Assembly: GCA_963581185.1 (NCBI GenBank)
Contig: CAUZOB010000001.1
Location: forward strand, 14,826-78,825
Source: Planctomycetota bacterium
GTDB taxonomy: Bacteria; Planctomycetota; Planctomycetia; Pirellulales; Pirellulaceae
Length of the DNA stretch: 64,000 nt
Reading direction: 5' to 3'
Shown: in pieces, positions 9,538 through 18,851 of the stretch
Position numbering within the stretch: the stretch's first letter is position 1
How the letters are laid out: every line of letters begins with the position of its first letter
Translations under genes and position numbers: made by a program
The notes under the pieces: generated by a model
The model's database searches: none
Told to the model about the DNA's origin: nothing
Seen by the model: the letters and a program-made list of their open reading frames with translations, nothing else

Positions 9538-11193
9538 TCATTTTCTCGGCAAGGTGCGTCCAGGGCGCTGGCCCGTGTGCTGACCCTGTTGCAGCACAAT
9601 TGTGCCGTTAACGATTACGTACTCTATACCGACTGGATATTGGAAAGGTTCGGTATAGGTGGCCTTATCGATGATCGTGGCAGCGTCGAAAATTGTGATA
9701 TCGGCGAAGAAGCCGGCGGCTAACTGCCCGCGCTGACGAATGCCGACCTTGGCAGCATTCAGCCAGGTCATTTTGTGGACGGCATCTTCCAGCCTGAGCA
9801 TTTTTTGTTCGCGGACATAGTATCCCAGTACCCGTGGGAAGGTGCCGAAGTTTCGCGGGTGGGGATTGCCTCGACGCAATGGACCCTTGATGGCATAGGC
9901 AGAACCATCCGAGCCGACCGAGCACCACGGTTGCTGCAGAGCCAGGTTCATATCCTTGTCGGTGTGATGGGCGTAGACGGTTGCCACCGAACCCCCTTCC
10001 TCGATCAGGAAGTCCAACAGTTCATCCAGCAGGTCTGCATTTTTCTTACCGGCGGTACGGAGCGCCATGACGCGATCCATGGTAAGGCCCTTGAAGCGGT
10101 TATCGCCAGCGACCAGCATCCGGCCCCAGTCTCCACCCACCGCGGTGTAGTGGTTGTACCAGCCCTCGACTCCCTTCACGATGTCCCGCTTGATCCTGCT
10201 GCGTGACTGCGGATCCGCCAGTCGTTTCAGCAGCGCCGCGTTGCCGCCCTCATGGGCCCAGGGCGGAATGATACTTCTGAGGTTGTTGTTGCCACGCGTG
10301 TAGGGATAGACATTGGCCTGGACGTTGACATTCCGCTGCCTGGCAGCTTCGATGATGGCAATAATCTCCGGCATCCGGCCCCAGTATTCTTCGTCAGCGA
10401 TCTTGAGGTGGATGATATCGACTGGCACGTCGGCGTTTTCAGCGACGGTGATTGCTTCTTCGATGGAGCCGAACACGCCAGTACCTTCATTGCGAATATG
10501 GATCGAGAAGATACCACCGTAAGGTCGCACCACGCGGGCCAGCTGGGTGATCTCCTCGGTGCGGGCCAGCGACCCAGGGGGCATCATCACCTGGCTGGAG
10601 AGACCAAGGGCTCCGTCGTCCATCCCCTGGCGGATTATTTCTTCCATCGCTTTGAGTTGCTCGGGCGTGGGACGATCAAACGATTTTCCCATCACCGCTT
10701 CCCAGGCATTATTCAGCCCCACATAGGACGCCACGTTGGTGGCGATCCCCGACTTTTCCAGCAGCCCGAAGTACTCAGCGAGTGTCTTCCAGCGTACGGT
10801 TTGACCATCGACGGTGGCCGAGCGTGCTGGCCGGCGACCGAGGTTGGGGGCGGCCGAGGAGCCTTCACCGAGGATCTCCGTGGTCACTCCCTGGCGAATC
10901 TTGCTTTGGGCATTGCCGTCCACCAGCAACGATGAATCGGAATGCGAATGCATGTCAATGAAGCCGGGGGCCACCATCAGGCCCGTGGCGTCAATCTCTC
11001 GCCGGCCGGTACCTTCCAGCTGTCGCTCAATCTTCACAATCCGATCTCCACGGATTGCCACGTCGGCCTGGAACCAGGGAATCCCCGTGCCATCGATCAG
11101 CTGGCCGTTGCGGATCACCAGGTCAAATTCCGGTTCATCCGCCAGGCATGGCAGGCAGAGTACGAAGGTCAGCAGGAAGGGAAGCAGTTTCAT
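9538..11193 (-). CDS. D-aminoacylase (N-acyl-D-amino-acid deacylase), amidohydrolase superfamily, secreted
   Basis: 551 aa with a signal peptide (MKLLPFLLTFVLCLPCLA). It shows FDLVIRNGQLIDGTG...ADVAIRGDRIVKI followed by the metal motif PGFIDMHSHSD. The C-terminal small-domain pattern is ADITIFDAATIIDKATYTEPFQYPVGIEYVIVNG. Confidence 0.85.
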   Translation of the reverse strand: MKLLPFLLTFVLCLPCLADEPEFDLVIRNGQLIDGTGIPWFQADVAIRGDRIVKIERQLEGTGRREIDATGLMVAPGFIDMHSHSDSSLLVDGNAQSKIRQGVTTEILGEGSSAAPNLGRRPARSATVDGQTVRWKTLAEYFGLLEKSGIATNVASYVGLNNAWEAVMGKSFDRPTPEQLKAMEEIIRQGMDDGALGLSSQVMMPPGSLARTEEITQLARVVRPYGGIFSIHIRNEGTGVFGSIEEAITVAENADVPVDIIHLKIADEEYWGRMPEIIAIIEAARQRNVNVQANVYPYTRGNNNLRSIIPPWAHEGGNAALLKRLADPQSRSRIKRDIVKGVEGWYNHYTAVGGDWGRMLVAGDNRFKGLTMDRVMALRTAGKKNADLLDELLDFLIEEGGSVATVYAHHTDKDMNLALQQPWCSVGSDGSAYAIKGPLRRGNPHPRNFGTFPRVLGYYVREQKMLRLEDAVHKMTWLNAAKVGIRQRGQLAAGFFADITIFDAATIIDKATYTEPFQYPVGIEYVIVNGTIVLQQGQHTGQRPGRTLPRK

Positions 11194-11244
11194 GACAATC
11201 CTCGAGCTGATGATGGCGGAGGGTCTGGCAGAAGGTGCCTACGA

Positions 11245-12159
11245 TCATCTACCCTTGCCGCCGGGGCTGCGTCCTGACTGCGAACCGCCGCGACCCGAAC
11301 CCGTATTATATCCATAATGGCGGGCAATCTGTTCGGCAGACTTTTTCTGGGCCAGCATCAGCTGTTTCGCCTGCAGGCACGATGCCATCTCCCGCTGGGC
11401 CCTGTTGGCGGCAATCCGGTACTTGTTGTAAACCGAGACTCGCTGAGTGAGTCTTGTCTGGGTCGCCTTTTCGTCACCAATACGATCATTGAGCCGCTCC
11501 CGTGCTCCGGACCAGAGTGCGGATTCGCGGCTGATTGTCCGCTTCTCTTTCTCCAGCCGGTCGACGGCCTGGCTGAGTTGGCGTTGGGCGAGAAGTACGG
11601 CCGGGACAGCGGTTATCTGCTTTTCACGTTCCACTCCCTTGACCGACAGTTTCAGCGTGCTGTCGACGCTCCGTCGCTGCTGACCATAGTGCTTGCGAGC
11701 TGCCTCGACGACGTCTTTGAGGGAGGCATAAGCGGAGTTGGCGGGGACATTTTTCAGCATCGCAGATTCAACTTCATTCAGCTCCAGCTTGGCGGATGTC
11801 AGCTCCAGCTTGGAGAATTCACTCTCTGTTCTGGCCTGTTGCATGGGCGACAATGCGCGGTCCATGTACTCTCTCGCCTCGTTCATGTTCTTGCGGGCCG
11901 CCACAATACGAGCGTCCATGACCTTGATCTGCTGGGCCAGGATGCGGGCCTGGGCAGCCGCCTGTTGCGCTATCTGCCGGCGCATCTGCTCGATCTTCTG
12001 GCGGTTGTTCTTGTTCCCCTTCTTGGCAGCAGGGGAGATAGTCGGCGCCAGCATGCTCAGCAGCAGTCCCATGATGAGTGGGCAGAGGAGGGAGCGACGA
12101 TGATGGAGATGATCGGTGATCGGAGTGGCCTCGTGTTGAGCTGCTGCAGTTGGCCTCAA
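11245..12159 (-). CDS. Hypothetical membrane-anchored/secreted coiled-coil protein
   Basis: The hydrophobic N-terminus is SLLCPLIMGLLLSMLAPTISPAA. About 230 aa of heptad-like Q/A/R/K/E-rich sequence follows, ending in a Gly/Ser-rich tail. The opposite-strand ORF 11317..12168 looks like a Leu/Arg-rich antisense artefact. The start is uncertain: TTG 12159 or ATG 12072. Confidence 0.65.
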   Translation of the reverse strand: MRPTAAAQHEATPITDHLHHRRSLLCPLIMGLLLSMLAPTISPAAKKGNKNNRQKIEQMRRQIAQQAAAQARILAQQIKVMDARIVAARKNMNEAREYMDRALSPMQQARTESEFSKLELTSAKLELNEVESAMLKNVPANSAYASLKDVVEAARKHYGQQRRSVDSTLKLSVKGVEREKQITAVPAVLLAQRQLSQAVDRLEKEKRTISRESALWSGARERLNDRIGDEKATQTRLTQRVSVYNKYRIAANRAQREMASCLQAKQLMLAQKKSAEQIARHYGYNTGSGRGGSQSGRSPGGKGR

Positions 12160-12203
12160 GAGTGCTAGCCTTGATGATAACAGATAAGGATACCGGTTAC
12201 TGG

Positions 12204-12794
12204 TTAGAGGATCATCTCTGGTGGAACGAAGCCGCTGTCGCCGGACTGGGCGTCCAACTGGCTCCAGGTTTGTGACGATTCGGAGCGGATCAGTTCATAA
12301 AACAGTGACTTGTAAGTGATCAGTGTAGCTCCGGCTGCGTGCATTCGAGTGATCGCAGCGGAGACATCGAGAGCCGAGCTATAGATGGCATCCGAGATGA
12401 CAAACACCTGGAAGCGGCCGTCGATTAAATCCAGTACCGACTGCAGCACACAGACATCGGTTTCGCCACCGGCGATGATCAGTTGCGTGCGTTCTTCTTT
12501 ACCGATAGCCGACATGACTTCGAATTGACCACAGATGCTATATGTCGATTTCTCGAACAGCCGGCCGTCGGGCGGGAAGCGATTGTCCAGGCTGTCGGGC
12601 AATCCTCCTTTCTTGGCAACCGGTTTTTCCAGTGTGGCAATGACCGGGACGTCCACGAGCGGAGCCAGGATTAGCAGCTGTTCGAGTCGCTGAATCAGCG
12701 GCCGCATATTGTGTTCGGCCCGCTCGAGGAAATAAGGCTGAACGTCGACCAGCAGGATCAAAGCGGACGAGGGAGAGATCAGCAGTTCGGCCAA
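12204..12794 (-). CDS. Isochorismatase-family cysteine hydrolase
   Basis: 196 aa containing ALILLVDVQPYF and the catalytic-Cys region LIIAGGETDVCVLQSVLDL. The start codon is TTG (12794..12792) with GGAGGG 7 nt upstream. Confidence 0.85.
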   Translation of the reverse strand: MAELLISPSSALILLVDVQPYFLERAEHNMRPLIQRLEQLLILAPLVDVPVIATLEKPVAKKGGLPDSLDNRFPPDGRLFEKSTYSICGQFEVMSAIGKEERTQLIIAGGETDVCVLQSVLDLIDGRFQVFVISDAIYSSALDVSAAITRMHAAGATLITYKSLFYELIRSESSQTWSQLDAQSGDSGFVPPEMIL

Positions 12795-12980
12795 GACGAT
12801 GCCCTCCGGTTACGTGGCTGGGGCGACCCATGAAACAACAGATCGATGGTATCAGATCGACTGGCCGCTGCCATTGGATGTCGACTTTCGACGACCCTGT
12901 TACACTACTGCCAGCAGGCCCTGCGAGTGGCCTGCTGGTTGCCCGCCCCTGCCACCAACTTCTTCTGAGGACAAGCTGAG

Positions 12981-15671
12981 ATGTCAACCAGCCGAATAGC
13001 CACGATTGCCCTGTTGCTGGCCAGTTGCCCCATCATGGCGGTCGCCGAAGTTACTCCACCTGCCGGATTTCAACCGCTCTTTAACGGTCGCGATCTGGAA
13101 GGATGGCAGGCAATTCCTCACTATGACCACCGCAAGCTGGCCGCCATGGAAGCGGCCGAGCGGGAGAAGCTGCTGGCTGGCTGGCAAGCAGAAGCCGAGC
13201 AGCACTGGACGGTTGACGATGGCGAACTGGTGAACGATGGAAAGGGACCCTACCTGACGACAAACCAGCAGTTTGGTGATATGGAACTGCTGCTGGAGTA
13301 CAAGACAGCGGCTCAGGCGGACAGCGGGATCTACCTGCGCGGGACACCCCAGGTCCAGATCTGGGATTTCACGAAAGAGGGGGGCAAGTGGAATCGAGGC
13401 GCCGATCTCGGCTCGGGTGGCCTGTTCAACAACAGTCCCGGTAGCCCGGCGCGTGACCCCCTGCTGCTGGCTGACCGACCGTTTGGCGAGTGGAACAAGT
13501 TCCGCATCGTGCAGATCGGTGCCCGTACGACCGTCTACCTGAATGACCAGCTGGTGGTCGACAATCAGCCGATGCACAACTTCTGGGATCGCAGCCGTCC
13601 CCTCTTTCCACTGGGTCCCATTCAGCTGCAGACCCATGGTGGAGAAATCCGCTGGCGCAATATTTTCATTCGTGAGATCTCGATCCCGGCAGCGAACGAG
13701 TTATTGGCAAAGAGAGATGCTGATCAGTTCGAATCGCTCTTCAACGGCAAGGATCTGGCTGGCTGGCAGGGGGATACTGATGCATACGAGGTCAGCGATG
13801 GCGCGATTGCCTGTCGTGCTGGCAGCGGCGGTAACCTGTTCAGCGAAGAAGAGTACGCTGACTTTGTTGTTCGACTTGAATTCAAGCTGCCGCCGGGCGG
13901 CAACAATGGCCTGGCGATCCGCTATCCCGGCAGTGGCGGGCCTCACGTTAGCGGGATGTGTGAAATCCAGGTGCTCGATTCAGAGCACCCCAAGTATGCC
14001 AGTCTGGATCCGCGCCAGTATCACGGTTCCGCTTATGGCATTGCTGCCGCACATCGCGGTTACCTGCGTGAGACCGGCCAGTGGAACTTTCAACAGGTCA
14101 CGGTGCGAGGATCGACAATCGAGGTTGAGTTGAATGGCTATACGATCCTTTCGACCGATGTCGCGGACGTGACCGAGTTCAAGGATGGCGCGGCACCTAC
14201 CGGCTTCAAGCGAACAACTGGCTTCTTTGGCTTTGCCGGACATGGAGACCCGGTCGCTTTCCGCAATATCTCGATTCGCCGCCTGCCGCCAGTCTCGCTG
14301 GTCGAGAGCAGCTGGCCGCAATTCCGTGGCCAGAACAGCTCGGGACGTGCTGGCTGGGGAGGTGGTTATCCCACCGAGCTGGGACCGGAGAAGAATGTGG
14401 TCTGGAAAGTACCGCTGGCCAGCGGGCACTCATCGCCAATCGTGATCGGCGATTCGATCGTGCTGACCGCCCAGCAGGACGACAAGCTGCAGACAATCTG
14501 CCTGGCACGGAAAGATGGTTCGGTCAAATGGGTCGCGGATGCTCCCTACAAGGAACTGGAAGCAATCCACCAGATCGGCAGCCATGCGCAGAGCAGTCCG
14601 GCCAGTGACGGTGAGCGAGTTGTCTCATTCTTTGGCTCCAGTGGCTTGTACTGCTATGACATGGACGGCGAGTTGCTTTGGAAGAAGCCGATGGGACCGT
14701 TCAACAACGACTTTGGCGCCGGCACTTCACCGATCATCTCAGCTGATCAGGTGATTCTCTGCCAGGATCACGATACCGGTTCTTTCCTGATCTCGGTCGA
14801 CAAGCGGACCGGTGAGACGAACTGGGAAGTGGATCGCAGCGAGTTTCCGCGAAATTACTGCAGCCCTGTGATCTGGACTGTGAATGGTCAAAAGCAGATT
14901 GTTGTGGCCGCCACGCTACGAGTTGTCGGCTATGACTTTCAGACCGGTGAAGAAGTCTGGACGGTACGTGGTATTTCCCGCTCGGTCTGTATGACACCGG
15001 TCATCGGCGACCGCAACAAGCTCTTTTTAGCTGGCTGGGCGCGGGGCGGTGATGAGGGTGAGCGGATCGTGGTGGATGATTTTGCCGATGTGATCAAGAC
15101 GCGGGACACCAACAACAATGGCCTGATTGAGCGGACTGAGCTGGAGAAGGGGGGCGCCATCGAGCGCCGCTTTAGCCAGGTCGATCGTGACAAGTCGGGC
15201 ACGCTGACCGGCAAGGAATACGAGTACTTTCGTGGCCTCTTCGATTCCGCTCGGAATGTCCTGATGGCGATTGAACCTGGTGGAACGGGGGATGTGACGG
15301 AATCACACGTCTCCTGGGAATTCCGCAAATTTCTGCCGTTCTGCAGTTCGCCGCTGGCCTACAACGGCTATATCTTTACCGTCAAAGATGGCGGCATCCT
15401 GACCTCGCTGAATGCTCGTACCGGTCAGCCGCTGAAGACGGCCCGAGTTTCCGGCAGCGGGGCCTATTACAGTTCGCCGGTGGCGGCCGATGGTCGGGTC
15501 TACCTGGTAGATCAACGTGGGCGGCTGACGGTTGTCAGCGCCTGGGCCGAATGGAAGGAGCTGGCGAAGGCTGATTTCGAGGAAGAAGTCTACGCGACTC
15601 CGGCGCTCGTGGATGGCAGGATTTACCTGCGCACCAGCGGCCACCTGTACTGCTTTGGTAGCCAGCCGTGA
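12981..15671 (+). CDS. Secreted multidomain protein: 2x DUF1080 + PQQ-like (BamB-type) beta-propeller with an inserted EF-hand pair
   Basis: 896 aa with a signal peptide. Two DUF1080 modules are present (FQPLFNGRDLEGWQ...IRWRNIFIREI and FESLFNGKDLAGWQG...VAFRNISIRRL). The propeller repeats follow, starting WPQFRGQNSSGRAG. Two canonical EF-hand loops are DTNNNGLIERTE (15105..15140) and DRDKSGTLTGKE (15183..15218). Confidence 0.85.
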   Translation: MSTSRIATIALLLASCPIMAVAEVTPPAGFQPLFNGRDLEGWQAIPHYDHRKLAAMEAAEREKLLAGWQAEAEQHWTVDDGELVNDGKGPYLTTNQQFGDMELLLEYKTAAQADSGIYLRGTPQVQIWDFTKEGGKWNRGADLGSGGLFNNSPGSPARDPLLLADRPFGEWNKFRIVQIGARTTVYLNDQLVVDNQPMHNFWDRSRPLFPLGPIQLQTHGGEIRWRNIFIREISIPAANELLAKRDADQFESLFNGKDLAGWQGDTDAYEVSDGAIACRAGSGGNLFSEEEYADFVVRLEFKLPPGGNNGLAIRYPGSGGPHVSGMCEIQVLDSEHPKYASLDPRQYHGSAYGIAAAHRGYLRETGQWNFQQVTVRGSTIEVELNGYTILSTDVADVTEFKDGAAPTGFKRTTGFFGFAGHGDPVAFRNISIRRLPPVSLVESSWPQFRGQNSSGRAGWGGGYPTELGPEKNVVWKVPLASGHSSPIVIGDSIVLTAQQDDKLQTICLARKDGSVKWVADAPYKELEAIHQIGSHAQSSPASDGERVVSFFGSSGLYCYDMDGELLWKKPMGPFNNDFGAGTSPIISADQVILCQDHDTGSFLISVDKRTGETNWEVDRSEFPRNYCSPVIWTVNGQKQIVVAATLRVVGYDFQTGEEVWTVRGISRSVCMTPVIGDRNKLFLAGWARGGDEGERIVVDDFADVIKTRDTNNNGLIERTELEKGGAIERRFSQVDRDKSGTLTGKEYEYFRGLFDSARNVLMAIEPGGTGDVTESHVSWEFRKFLPFCSSPLAYNGYIFTVKDGGILTSLNARTGQPLKTARVSGSGAYYSSPVAADGRVYLVDQRGRLTVVSAWAEWKELAKADFEEEVYATPALVDGRIYLRTSGHLYCFGSQP

Positions 15672-15704
15672 TCGTAGCCCACAGATAGTAGCAGAGAGGA
15701 TAAT

Positions 15705-15735
15705 CTCCTGCGCCCGTGTTGGACGGACGCAGGAG
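15705..15735. terminator. Hairpin between convergent transcription units (possible bidirectional terminator)
   Basis: CTCCTGCGCCCGT-GTTGG-ACGGACGCAGGAG forms a 13-bp stem with one mismatch, 34 nt after the stop at 15671. No U-tract follows on either strand, so the function is uncertain. Confidence 0.35.
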
Positions 15736-16229
15736 CAATCCCGCTCTACTACTCTTCGCCAGAATCGCTTTCCGCTTTTGGATCGGCTTCGTCGGCAAAC
15801 TGCAGGCCGAAGTTGTAGAGCTTAAACGAGTAAGTAGCGATCACAATGATCAGCAGCAGCATGACGCCGATCCGTGACAGCAGTGCCCAACGGAAGGCGG
15901 ATTCAATAGCATATGCCTTGTTTTCAATTGCATCGATTTGTGTCGAAAGGGGTTTTCAGCAGCCATGTCTTTTAGTACCTCGCTGACGAGATAGGGATGT
16001 GATCGGAACTGTTTGCGGCTCTCCAAACGACCTCCGGACGCACCGGTCACGGTAGTCGTTGGATTTCAAATTCCCGGCCAAGGGAGCGGCGTGCCCTGAT
16101 TACGTGAGTGGAGCTCAACGGGCAGCCAGTAAGAGATGCAATTAACCCAAAGCCGGATATCAACCTAGGGAGTATGAATACCCAATTCAAAGGAGCCAGT
16201 GTTATTTTCCGGGAATAATTGCTGACCGG

Positions 16230-16261
16230 AAAAACCCTCTAAAATCTGCTGATTTGAGAGG
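16230..16261 (-). terminator. Rho-independent terminator of pepC
   Basis: The minus strand reads CCTCTCAAA-TCAGCAGA-TTTTAGAGG followed by G-TTTTT. It begins 16 nt after the pepC stop (16279..16277). Confidence 0.6.
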
Positions 16262-16276
16262 CAGTTGGGCAGTCTG

Positions 16277-17653
16277 TCAGCGAGCGAGCGAGCCCATCGG
16301 GTCCCATGCAGGCAGCACGATGGGATCCTGTTGCCAGGCATCGAGCAGCTCGGCGGAGAGGTACTTTTTATTGGCGGCAATTTCGAACATGAACTCGTCA
16401 AACCATGAGTCATTCATGACATAGAAGCCCTTGCGGCCATTTTCTTCGCCCCAGCTGTTTTCCACGCGCCAGCGACGTGCCGCCTGGCTCCCATCGTTGT
16501 CCACCAGATCCACACCGGTGAATAACATGGCATGCGTCATCAAGGTCTCGTGATGGACAAGCCGATCGGCCTTGGGCATATCCAGGTCGGTGTCGTAGAC
16601 CCCCCTGTAGTCGTAGAGATCGACGTCCCAGATACCCTGGTCTCGCCGCATCATCTTGCCCACATCACAGCCCATCCAGACCGGCTGCTGATCCAGGATC
16701 GTGGAAATCGTCACCTGCTTCATGGTCTCAATGTCCACGTTCAGGTACTTGACCATATCGCCACCAACAACGTTACCGAGAAAATCGACGGTAAAAGTTC
16801 TGCCGACCGGGCTGGAGGGTCGGGGGTCATGGACCAGGCAGACATAGTCATCCAGCGGCTGTTCGATGTACTTGTCGGCAAACTGCCCAGGCGTCAGTGT
16901 GCCAGCCCGATTGAATTTTCGGTCCTTGTCGTTCCATTGCCAGTCAAACTCGGTCGGAGGCGTTCCCAGGTGAATGGCAAGAATCCGATAGACCTCGGAC
17001 ACCACCTGGTACTGTTGCTGGGCCAGGCTCTCTTGCGAATCACCATTGGCTGAAGCCTTCCTCAGCTGCATCGCTGCCTGTCGCAAGCGGGCCAACAGCA
17101 CCTCGTTCATTCGCCGGGTATTACTGGAGCTTTGCGATTCCGGCATGACCTCCTTGGGGACCACGCCGTGCTTCTTGATGATATTGGTGAACATGTTCCA
17201 CTGGCCGCCGTCGTCCAGCGGTTTGTCCAGCAGCCAGGCGACTGTGCGGTCATCGACTTCGCGGTCGGCGGTATCGAGGATACTTTGCAGGAAGTAGTTG
17301 GCCCGTTCCAGCTTGTCCCAGAAGAGCGTGTGATTCTGGCTGAACTCGAAATCCTTCAGATTCAAAGCGGCCATGGCTGCCGGACGGAAGAGATTCAAGC
17401 CGGCGAACATCCAGCAGCGACCACTTCGTTTCTGGTTGGTGACGCTCCAGTCATCCAGCAGGTGCGAAAAGGTGTGGCTGGTCGACGTTACGATATGGCG
17501 ATCGAGTGCCACATCGTCAATGCCCGTTTGCGTGACGGCGTTTTGCATCATCCGCGCTGTCGGATGCGAATCAAAGTCACTCCGCAACTGGGCCATTTGT
17601 CCGTCATCCAGAGAATGCTCAGACTGAGCCGCTGGTTGTGTTGTCGTCGCCAT
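16277..17653 (-). CDS. pepC: Aminopeptidase C / bleomycin hydrolase (C1-family cysteine peptidase)
   Basis: I prefer ATG 17653 (MATTTQPAAQSEHSLDDGQMAQLRSDF). The 16-aa track extension is simply the translated heptamer repeat. The active-site Cys context NQKRSGRCWMFAGLN and overall PepC-like length (458 aa) support the call. Confidence 0.9.
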   Translation of the reverse strand: MATTTQPAAQSEHSLDDGQMAQLRSDFDSHPTARMMQNAVTQTGIDDVALDRHIVTSTSHTFSHLLDDWSVTNQKRSGRCWMFAGLNLFRPAAMAALNLKDFEFSQNHTLFWDKLERANYFLQSILDTADREVDDRTVAWLLDKPLDDGGQWNMFTNIIKKHGVVPKEVMPESQSSSNTRRMNEVLLARLRQAAMQLRKASANGDSQESLAQQQYQVVSEVYRILAIHLGTPPTEFDWQWNDKDRKFNRAGTLTPGQFADKYIEQPLDDYVCLVHDPRPSSPVGRTFTVDFLGNVVGGDMVKYLNVDIETMKQVTISTILDQQPVWMGCDVGKMMRRDQGIWDVDLYDYRGVYDTDLDMPKADRLVHHETLMTHAMLFTGVDLVDNDGSQAARRWRVENSWGEENGRKGFYVMNDSWFDEFMFEIAANKKYLSAELLDAWQQDPIVLPAWDPMGSLAR

Positions 17654-17658
17654 AATCT

Positions 17659-17728
17659 GTAACCCGTAACCCGTAACCTGAAACCTGAAACCACTAACCA
17701 CTAACCACTAACCACTAACCACTAACTT
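17659..17728. repeat. Heptanucleotide tandem array, 10 units: GTAACCC x2, GTAACCT, GAAACCT, GAAACCA, CTAACCA x4, CTAACTT
   Basis: Read directly from the sequence. The array spans from 5 nt before the pepC ATG (on the minus strand) into the last 4 codons and the stop (TAG 17717..17715) of the upstream WD40 gene. Confidence 0.95.
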
Positions 17729-18851
17729 CTTCGGTCATCTGGTAGATGCGCAGGCTTCCGTCAAAGCATGCTGCGGCCAGGCGACGATTGTCGGCGGCCA
17801 GGTCGATACCGCGAATGCAGTCCAGAACCTTGGGCTCATCGACGTTCAAGGAATGGAAGGGCTTGAGGGCCAGCGGATCCTTGTCTGCCTGCCTCAGTTT
17901 CAAGTCACCCTCCTTTTCTTCCTTCTTGCTGACCTTGACCGGACTACTCGCTTCGTCCAGCTTCCAAAAACAGATCAGCCCGCTGCCACTCTGCTTGGCA
18001 ATTCCGCCGATAATGTAGCCATCGGGATGAAAACGGATTCCCCAGGCAACGCCGGTCGAATTGTCTTCCGGTCGCAAGTGACGCAGCACGGTACGCTTCT
18101 CCCAGTCAATCAGGCCAATGATCGGATCCTGTTGGCCGGCGAAGGAGTTGACGACGTTGGTGATACCAGCTGTTGCGACCAGCCTGCCGTCAGGGGAGAG
18201 TCGCATGTCACGTGCGCCACCCATATCGGCGGCAAACTTGTTGTCGTATCCGGTCATCACGGTGGCAATACTGGCAACCCGCTGAGCCGAGTCCAGGTCC
18301 CAGATAAAGACATTGCCCATCAAGTCCTGGGAGACCAGGTGCTTGCCGTCGGGATGAAAGTTGACCGCGTAGGGGTTCCGTTCATGCCCGGCCAATTCGG
18401 CAATCATCTCACCCACGTCCGCTCGCCAGACGCGGATCATGTTGTCATTGCCACAGGTCGCCAGCAGCGAGCCATCGGGGCTGACTCGAACCCAGCGAGC
18501 CGAGCCGACATGCGCGCGGACCATTCGCCGGGAGCGGGGCAGTGGATCGTCGGTTAGCCACCAGTGCAGCTCGCCATCCCAGCCGGCCGTGTAAAGCCAG
18601 TTGCCGTCGGGGGAAAAGTCCATCGAGCGGACCCAGCTGTTGTGGCCCGAGAGCATCATCTTGCGACCGCTGGAGAGATCCCAGCGGTAGACGTTCAGAT
18701 CCTCGGCTCCGGCAAAAACAAAACGCGAGAGTGGATCAAAGCGGCAGCAGGTGAGTGGCAGCTGGTGCTGGTAAGACGCCACCTTGTGAGTCTTGGTCAC
18801 ATCCAGCGGCAGGCTTGCCAGGTCGGTTGGTACTGCAGTTGGTTCGTTCAT
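17715..18851 (-). CDS. WD40 repeat protein
   Basis: 378 aa. Repeats include GHNSWVRSMDFSPDGNWLYTAGWDGELHWW, AHVGSARWVRVSPDGSLLATCGNDNMIRVWR and GHERNPYAVNFHPDGKHLVSQDLMGNVFIWD. Its ATG overlaps the DUF1501 stop (ATGA at 18851..18848). Confidence 0.85.
   Translation of the reverse strand: MNEPTAVPTDLASLPLDVTKTHKVASYQHQLPLTCCRFDPLSRFVFAGAEDLNVYRWDLSSGRKMMLSGHNSWVRSMDFSPDGNWLYTAGWDGELHWWLTDDPLPRSRRMVRAHVGSARWVRVSPDGSLLATCGNDNMIRVWRADVGEMIAELAGHERNPYAVNFHPDGKHLVSQDLMGNVFIWDLDSAQRVASIATVMTGYDNKFAADMGGARDMRLSPDGRLVATAGITNVVNSFAGQQDPIIGLIDWEKRTVLRHLRPEDNSTGVAWGIRFHPDGYIIGGIAKQSGSGLICFWKLDEASSPVKVSKKEEKEGDLKLRQADKDPLALKPFHSLNVDEPKVLDCIRGIDLAADNRRLAAACFDGSLRIYQMTEEVSG

Noticed and set aside
15850-16050. 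66-aa ORF ending in HCCHGSASCCC as a possible Cys-rich RiPP precursor
   Set aside because: No modifying enzyme, transporter or leader-like features lie nearby. The alternative frame over the same DNA has better codon usage and a clean TM helix (see the finding at 15749..15966).
16061-16074. GGATTTCAAATTCC, superficially T-loop-like, in the 600-bp gap (tRNA or ncRNA?)
   Set aside because: The loop length is wrong for a tRNA T-arm. I could not fold a flanking acceptor or anticodon stem. I found no tRNA, rRNA or tmRNA signature anywhere in the window.
17659-17728. Heptamer array read as a CRISPR array or telomere-like repeat
   Set aside because: The units are contiguous 7-mers without spacers, so it is not CRISPR. 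The window looks like the interior of a circular-type bacterial chromosome with genes on both sides, so a telomeric role is unsupported.
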